A stretch of DNA of 64,000 bases, taken from assembly GCA_905178155.1 (NCBI GenBank), contig CAJINV010000001.1, positions 11,763,832 through 11,827,831 of the forward strand. Direction: 5' to 3'. Position numbers and translations under genes: made by a program. The stretch is from Amoebophrya sp. A120. Taxonomy: Eukaryota > Protista > Dinoflagellata. Position 1 is the stretch's first letter. Each line of letters starts with the position of its first letter. Positions 56,912 to 64,000 of the stretch are shown piece after piece. A model generated the notes under the pieces. The model made no database searches. It worked only from the letters and a program-made list of their open reading frames with translations, and was not told the origin of the DNA.

Positions 56912-59900
56912 TCAAGCCCGCATCGCGTTGCTATTTTTCACGGTCTGAAACGCCTCCACCACCACCTTCGAGCTGGTCTCCCCACCCTTCTTGGGTGGCA
57001 CGTAGTTCAGGTTCACGCGACCGTTGACAACGAACAGCGGGTTGGGCTTCTGCAGCACCTCCTCGGAGACCGCCACACCGTCCAAGAACTGCTTCAAGAT
57101 GGAACGGAGTTGCCTGTTTGATGATTTTTTTTTCCGAAATTACAAAAAGCACGGCAGCTCGTTTTACTTTTTTGATGCAAGTAGACGCGTGCAAATCTAT
57201 CAAAGCAATTGAAATCAATCAATACGTGTTCTCGCTGCGCAGCCTCTGTTTCTCCTTTTTGATTGCGAGCACGTCCAGGTGGACCTTGTTGAAGCGCTTG
57301 AAGAAGTTATCCATGTACGTCCACTCATCCTGCGCGTTGCTATCGGAGAGCACTGTTAAGGGTGATTTTCGGTGTCTATCTTTGCCTTTGGTTAGCACGA
57401 ACCGCATGACAGCATATCATCGTGGAAAAACAACCGATTATTTTAGAAAAGCGAAAGGGCGCGATTACCTTCTTTCATCTCTTCTTTTATCATAGCATAT
57501 TGGTCTTCTTCTTCCTCGGGCGAAGCCTGTACCTGCACCTCGCTTGGCACCATTTGCTCGCCACTGTGGAGATGTTTTGCAATTACGTTTCTCCAAGTCC
57601 CACCTCACGAGGACACAAGCAAAACGGAAAACTAATTGCACTTCGCAAAAAAATGGGAGACAGAATGTAAACACAAATATACAGGTGGTTAAAGAGCTCC
57701 TTCTTTTGCTTTTCCAGCTTGAGAATGTTTTCGCTCTTCTCGGCGGCAAGTCTGCTTTGGAAGTCCGCGATGTATTGCTGCAAAACTTCGTTTGGCAACG
57801 TCTCTATGTCCGCGTCTGTGATGGATTGTTCGATGTAGATATTCGAGCCGAATCTCGCAAACCTAAACCAACTGCCATTCGCACAAAGACGGCGTGCGCC
57901 ATTCCCTCCAAAAACGAAAAACAGTACCTTTCAGTGGCGTATTCTGGTAGAACGGGAGCACCTTTTCCCGCTCGGTTTCATATCTCCTGCAAGCTTCGGC
58001 GAGTTTCAAGATGCCCTCGCCCACGCCGAGGTTGTCCTTGAGCTTGCCTAGACAGGTTTCTGCGTTCACTGTGAGCTCCGTTAATCGCTTGTGCTGCTCG
58101 TCCCGGAACTTGGTCATTTTCACCTGATAGCGTTGGCACGACGTTCAAACCAATTCTTCTTTCATCACTGCCAGCATGACAAAAAGCACTTGCGCAAAAA
58201 GATGGAAAATCTCATTCACATGTAGTTACCTTCAAATCCTGAAAGTGCTTCAATAGGTGCTCCTTCTCTGTTCTCAAATGCGCATTTCTTTCCTCGCACT
58301 CCTGTTTGTTCTGCAGTATCTTCTGCTTCCAGTGGACGATGTTGGCTTGCATGCGCTCCACCTGTTGGTGTGTGTAGGGGCGGAGAAATCACGCGGATAA
58401 ACTAACTTAAACTTTGCATGATGCATTCGCAAAAAAAAGTGATTTTGCAAAAGGCTTGCAGCTTTTCTAAGCCTCTACATGTTGTACCTGTCTCAACTTC
58501 TTTTCGACGTGCTTGGACAGGGTTGCATCCCGCGCCAAAAATGTTTTGTAGTCCTGCGTGTTCTGCTCTGTACTTATTCGGTACGTATTCTGTGTGTTTT
58601 TTTGGTAGTTCAAATAAATGTTTCTTAAGGTACGTTTGCACCAAAAACAACAGCACACCGGCAACGCCCGAACTAAAATAGGCTGAATCAGTACCAGCGC
58701 CGCGTTGCACTTGTCCTTCATGTTTTCTATTTTTTCCTCGAGGTTCGACCGCATTTGGTGGTCCTCCTCGATGTTTTTATTCCTAATCAGCTCGTACAAC
58801 GACTGGTGTTCGGTAAGGTCGAGCTGTTCCTTGTTCTTTTCCTCGTTCATGACTTCCATGACGAGGTGCTTCAATTCCCGTTTCCTCTTCTCCGCGGACT
58901 GTCCCAACTCCGTCTTTTCCCCCGACCAGTCGGTCTCAATCGCCTCCTATCAAATGTAAAAATGTCTGGGTCTGGAAGATTCTGACACTTGTCATGCATG
59001 TTTTGCATTGGCCATGATGTCTGTGATGCATGCCCTAGCATCACAGATTTTTTGAGGGCTTCGCGATGCCTATTCCGCATGACAAATGCCCTCTCCGCGT
59101 AGCAAAAATTGCATTCCCTTTGCTGCTCACGCAATACAGATTTTTTTGGAATCCAAATTCAGCATCACAAGTTGCATTCTTCCAGACCCAGACATTTTCA
59201 CATTTGATACCTCCACCTCCTTGCGGAAATCTTGCTGCAGCTCCTCAGGTATCAAATGCAAAAATGTCTGGGTCTGGAAACTTGTGATGCTGGGTGGCGT
59301 ATCATGAGGAGGCCACAAGTGCTGGCTCAGCATGACAAGTTTCTGAGCTTCTTGATGTTGCCTATTCTGCATGACAAACTGCGTTTCTGCATGACAGAAA
59401 AATGGGGGTCTTGGGTAATGTGCATGACAAATTTAAGAGTCATGTGCGACAAGCATGACAAACTTGCATTCTTCCAGACCCAGACATTTTTGCACTTGAT
59501 ATCAAGCCTTGACTGCTGGATCTCCATCAAAGTCTCCATGTTCAGCAAATGCGTGCGAATCGCAAACTGGTGCTGCTCCTCCGCCTCGTCCAGATCGCGG
59601 TCGAGCCTGGGGTGCGTGAGGCAGATATTTTTTGCCGTCCACTACGTGAACGAGAGCGAAAACTACTGCCATGGATAAAATGCAAAAGCAACAATTTTTA
59701 GAAAAACAACCATCTCAAAAACGTACATTTGCATGATTGCGTCCTTCCTGTCCATGTCCCTTTCGTGGCTCTGCGCAATGATTTCCACTTCTCTTTTCAA
59801 CTGTTTCGTCTTCGCTGACCGCATGATTTTCAGCCATGACTCCTGAATCTTCGAGCTGTTGTACTTGCTGTGCTTCGTCTCGATGAGAGACTTCTCCTTC

Positions 59901-59998
59901 AGCCAGTTTTTCCTGATTTCGTTCAAGTACTTATCCCTGTCCGCGTCCTCCATGACCTTCACCCGGTCCTTCATCTGACCCACCGTTTTCGGCGCCAT
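56912..59998 (-). CDS. DRC2: Dynein regulatory complex subunit 2 (CCDC65)
   Basis: [48 protein letters not shown] and QLRSILKQFLDGVAVSEEVL..NPLFVVN. Canonical introns plus two introners. Confidence 0.9.
58948..59209. mobile_element. MITE-like introner, 262 bp, in DRC2
   Basis: 32-bp TIR TATCAAATGT(A/G)AAAATGTCTGGGTCTGGAAGA and TSD CCTCC (58943-58947, 59210-59214). Excision restores KEVEAIETDW. Confidence 0.93.
59250..59501. mobile_element. MITE-like introner, 252 bp, in DRC2
   Basis: 30-bp TIR TATCAA(A/G)TGCAAAAATGTCTGGGTCTGGAA and imperfect TSD TCAGG/TCAAG. Excision restores QQSRLEELQQ. Confidence 0.92.
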
Positions 59999-61173
59999 CG
60001 TGGAGGAGGTGTTTGGCTTTGCGCCGGAGCAGTAGAAGTACTGTGTTGAAGGACGTTGACGTACGAGTTACTTTTTGTCCTTGTTTACTTCGTTGTACTA
60101 AACCGGACTTCCTGCTCTTCTCGCTCTTCAAAACGCGGTAGCGATGATCTGTCTATTCGCAAGTCGGCGCTGCACCCCGGTGAAAGGCCGGCAGCGCGGG
60201 TGTCGATCACGATCTGCACCGGAGTAAGATCAACTTCAAACTGCGACTCGTCTAGCTCCGCACTTGAAGTGGGTGTCGGGTGGAAGATTTTTTCTCACTT
60301 AGCAAATACTTTGTAGTCCTGTTCCTGCAGTTCAGCGTCTCCTCGAACAACTGCGTGATAAGATCAGGGCTCGGAGAGTAGAGGTTTGCGACGACGCTTT
60401 TATCGGGGCGGAGACGCTGCAGTTGCTGACAAAAGGGGACGTTGCCAATCGTCAACTTCTTTGGGACTTTTTCGACTTTGGTACAGGTTCAGCGTCGCTT
60501 CCGCCAATCAGAATACACTAAACCGGACAACCCGCGCTTTGCAAAAAAACTGCGGGAAGGGCGGTTAACCCGAGAAGGGTAGAGTACCCCCGTGGGGTTC
60601 CATTGTGAGTTTCGAAAATATTTCGCGGCAACTAGCCAACGCAGAACTAAAGAAGAAGTTTTTGCATTTTTACACAAAAAGCTGCCCTTCGAATTCGATT
60701 TACGATATATGAAAGCTTGGTGGCAAGAACAACGCTCTGATGGCGCAGCAATCGATTGTTCTTCAAGCACTCGATTCTCACGACTGCACGAAAAAGCTGT
60801 AGACACTGACGATCCACTCCACTCTCTCAAACAACGATGAAAGCAGTTCTCTCCCAACGGAAGCAATACTGCTTGTACATCAAGAACAACGCCTGAGGCA
60901 CGTTCGGAAGCGTCAGGACTTGTCCGGCTTTCCGTTTTGGAATACCTAGCTGGGTTTTCAATAAAAACTTCACTTTCGATTCACGCGTTGTCAATTTCGG
61001 CAAAAAGTGAGCAGTTTTTGATTTTTCTTTCGAAGATCACTGCACGCAGTGAAGCTCCGAAGCAAAAACGAAATGAGGAATAGGGACTAGCACTATTCAT
61101 CATGTGAGGCAAGAGAATTCATACAGTCAAAATGCAACAAGTTTTTTTTTCTTCAAAAGAAAGAAGTGGTCTG

Positions 61174-62673
61174 TCAATAAAGACTCGTTTGTTTCATTAT
61201 GGACGCGAATTCATTCTCGTTTATCGCACCGTCCTGGTCCTTGTCAAACTCGTCAATCATGGCCTGTAGCTCATCATCCGAAAGCTTTTCCCCAAGCTCG
61301 CGCGCTACTCGCTTCAGGTTTCGGAAATTTATTACACCTGGGATTGTAGGAGGAGGTCGAGGTTGGGAGTGACATGAAAGCTTTTCTGTGCCGTGCATAT
61401 ACAACATACGGCTCAAGTAAATACGCTTCGCTTTTCTACAACACTGTATCTGTACCTGTCCCGTCTTCGTCAAACATGCGGAAGGCTTTTCCGAGCTCTT
61501 CCTGCGGGTCCTGGTTTGCTATCTTTTCCGTCATTATTTCCTTGAAGGCTTCATAGTCTATGTACCTGAGAACAGATTCAAAATTTGAATCGAACAGATA
61601 CACACGACTTGTTCCGGAGCTTACCACATCAACCTATGCGTAGAAAGTGCATGCAGTTGCATCACACAATGTATTACAATGAAAAATGCCCCCTCCCCAT
61701 ATCAAAACGGAAATCTGTGATGCAGATTTGTGGTCACAAATCAGCTTTGTGATGCTAGAAGCCAAAAGATGCGGACTGTAGTGCTGTCTAGGGTGGCAAA
61801 GCCTTGCAGCTCCAGGATGACAGGAGGCAACTGGAAGTGGGAAACAGCATGACAGATTGCCTGCAATTTAGGCCGCAGCTTCGTCTCTTGGCCTTCTAGC
61901 AATACCAGTCGATTTGTGTACTCAAATACAGCATCACAAATTCGCGCATCTTCCGTTTCCGATATGGGGTGGGGGCTTTTTTCACTTTGATACAATGATT
62001 ATAGTCACGATACCCTGTCTCTGCCCTATCGTATTCCCGCATGTATTATGGATTGCAAAAATGCCTGGGTCTGGAAATTTGTAATGCTAAAAGTGAATGA
62101 TAGACACACTGCAATACGCAGCTATGCATGAGAAATTTTTTGGCTGCCATGTCTTACGTATTCCGCATGGCAAGCTGCGTTTTTGCATGACAGGTAGGAG
62201 GGCCTTTTCGTCCCCATGCAACACAGATTCTCGAGTCATGCCAGACAAGCATGACAAACTTGCATCCTTCCAGACCCAGACATTTTTACATTTCATATGT
62301 ATTCGAGCACTTCCGCTTTTTTTGTGTTCTCGAACCCCAGTGCTCGCATGGCTACCTTCAGCTCGTGGTAGTCAATTTTTCCCGTCTTCTCGCTGTCGAA
62401 AAGGTCGAAGGCTTCTCTTATCTCCTGCTTCTGCTCGTCGGAAATTTCAGGTCTGGCCACACGCCTGAACAGTAGAAATTTGTTGCATTGATTTGAGTTG
62501 AAACTCTTGATCTTAATCAGATTTTCTGTGGATTTCGAGAAAGGAGAAGGACGCCAGCTTGCTGCATACTAATAATCATTCTACCCGGTGCCTCCGGGTC
62601 GTGACCTGAACCTGCTCGTGGTTGCGTTTCCAAATCGCAAAAGCGATGTCCCGCCTTCCATCCGTCGCGACAT
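61174..62673 (-). CDS. CETN3: Centrin (centrin-3/Cdc31 type)
   Basis: [31 protein letters not shown] and [31 protein letters not shown]. Three GT-AG introns plus one introner. Confidence 0.9.
61672..61992. mobile_element. MITE-like element, 321 bp, nested in canonical centrin intron 61566-62013
   Basis: ~40-bp imperfect TIRs with TAT...ATA ends, TSD CAATG (61667-61671, 61993-61997), and the same GCATSACA internal motifs as the introners. Confidence 0.85.
62047..62297. mobile_element. MITE-like introner, 251 bp, in centrin
   Basis: 30-bp TIR of the AAAAATG(T/C)CTGGGTCTGGAA family and TSD TGTAT (62042-62046, 62298-62302). Excision restores EVLEYMREYDR. Confidence 0.92.
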
Positions 62674-63232
62674 GATTTTTGGATTTCTAGTCTGGCACTA
62701 CTTTCGACCGAACAAAACTGAATTAAACGAATTCAATCGCTGTTTTGAATAGCTTTCTTGAATAGACGAAAAATGCTCGAGCCTATCGCAAAGGCAACCT
62801 AAGTCGAAAAAAAGGTCGGACTGATTTGCGCGCTCGAAACCGTGCGGAGAAAAAAAGGAAAACACACCTTTGCAGCTGCTGTCCAGCTTTCTCACACGCA
62901 TTTGCAAATTTGTCATACTGTGTCACAGCTCTCCTCTGATGTTTACACGAAGCAACAAAATTGCAGTGGCAAAGTGTACAACGAACACATGGAAACTTGT
63001 TCTGCGGAGAGAACACGAAGATGGCAGAACTTCAGCTGCACAGTTCAGAAAACAAGAGGCCGCGCAGTGGCAGCGGACCCTGACCAGCTTGCACTGACAG
63101 ACTGCGACTCCGATTCTTACATAAAACACAACGAGCGCGCTTCTGCATACTTCAAATCTTCTTCTGGTAGTGGGATAAAGGTCAGCGATACACGGGACGC
63201 AGGCGAATGATGCTCCGCTGCCCTATCTTGTG

Positions 63233-64000
63233 TTACGCCCACGAGACCTCAAACCTTGAAAGGTCCTCCCCATCCTGCGTGAATTTCAGGCCCCTGGATT
63301 CGAAGAAGCGCCGCACCAGGGGCATCACATTCGCGTACTTTGCTTCCGGTCCGGGCAGACGGACAAACGCACTCCCTCCATCAATTTCCTTTTGCCGCTG
63401 CTCTGCCCAAGCCTCACTCTCCATCACTGCGTCCTCATATTCGGACGGCCACATCGTTTTGCCTTCGATGGAGTAGATTCTGTCTCCGAGCCCGATTTCA
63501 AAACGGGTGTTGCCTGGGAATCGGACCCTATCCGGGTCCCGGATCCAGAAAACCTGACCCGGGGCTGTCGTTGTCCCTGCTTCCACGTGAACAACCGAAT
63601 CGAATATGTTGGTTACCGCACTATGAAGCAGGTTTTCCACATCTTCCGCACGTTTTCTCATTGCGATCTCAGAAAATAACTGCGAGTTGAGCATGACTGC
63701 GTTGACCGGGTCCGGAACGAACTCTTTAATCTTAAGAAAAAGCTCGACCGGGAGATGTGCAGGCGAAACCCGGCCGCTTTGCCTCCGCACGACGCCCATC
63801 CACACACGCAGTTGCTCTTGCAACACCGATTTGCTCAAACTCTCGCTTGTTGTGACGATGCACTCGTCATTTGCTTTTGAAAACGCTGCCCTCACACGAG
63901 GTCCACCCTGCCAAAATTCGGCCGTTCTACCAGGCGTTTGCGAGGACGCCGCACCATCCTTCGACTTTTTATGGTCCGGATTGGCCAGCCACACGAGAGC
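63233..64000 (-). CDS. Hypothetical protein, 3' part
   Basis: ORF of >250 codons on the cluster strand, running off the window. Weak F-box-like LPVELFLKIKEF stretch only. Confidence 0.55.
   Translation of the reverse strand, partial: ALVWLANPDHKKSKDGAASSQTPGRTAEFWQGGPRVRAAFSKANDECIVTTSESLSKSVLQEQLRVWMGVVRRQSGRVSPAHLPVELFLKIKEFVPDPVNAVMLNSQLFSEIAMRKRAEDVENLLHSAVTNIFDSVVHVEAGTTTAPGQVFWIRDPDRVRFPGNTRFEIGLGDRIYSIEGKTMWPSEYEDAVMESEAWAEQRQKEIDGGSAFVRLPGPEAKYANVMPLVRRFFESRGLKFTQDGEDLSRFEVSWA

Noticed and set aside
1-64000. Genome-wide stop-codon reassignment
   Set aside because: Thousands of codons in conserved genes contain no in-frame stops, and all three stops terminate genes normally.

Overview
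Eukaryotic, intron-containing DNA in which every recognisable gene lies on the minus strand. The one-strand gene cluster plus inverted-repeat/direct-repeat non-canonical introns suggests a syndinian dinoflagellate such as Amoebophrya (inference). Host genes, left to right: NUP210 (partial), a 2OG-Fe(II) oxygenase, SLC33A1, TRM1, three SLC35/DMT paralogs (one 5'-truncated), a ~4,900-aa RPGRIP1L-like/EF-hand giant, a bacterial-type GFAT, a secreted low-complexity protein, DRC2/CCDC65, centrin-3 and a partial unknown gene. Two mobile systems stand out. (1) A ~12.7-kb intact-looking, very divergent non-LTR retrotransposon: 2113-aa C2H2 ORF1; a 1.25-kb highly structured spacer; an APE+RT ORF2 with CVDD and no AUG ahead of its first APE motif. 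It is bounded by a CCTAAGG direct repeat whose reconstructed empty site is a hairpin. (2) Five 250-320 bp MITE-like elements with TAT...ATA ends and 5-bp TSDs. Four interrupt conserved coding sequence and must be excised precisely as introns; one sits inside an ordinary intron. A single splice-register rule (purine + TAT donor) fits all five. Gene models were assembled by eye and no database searches were run.
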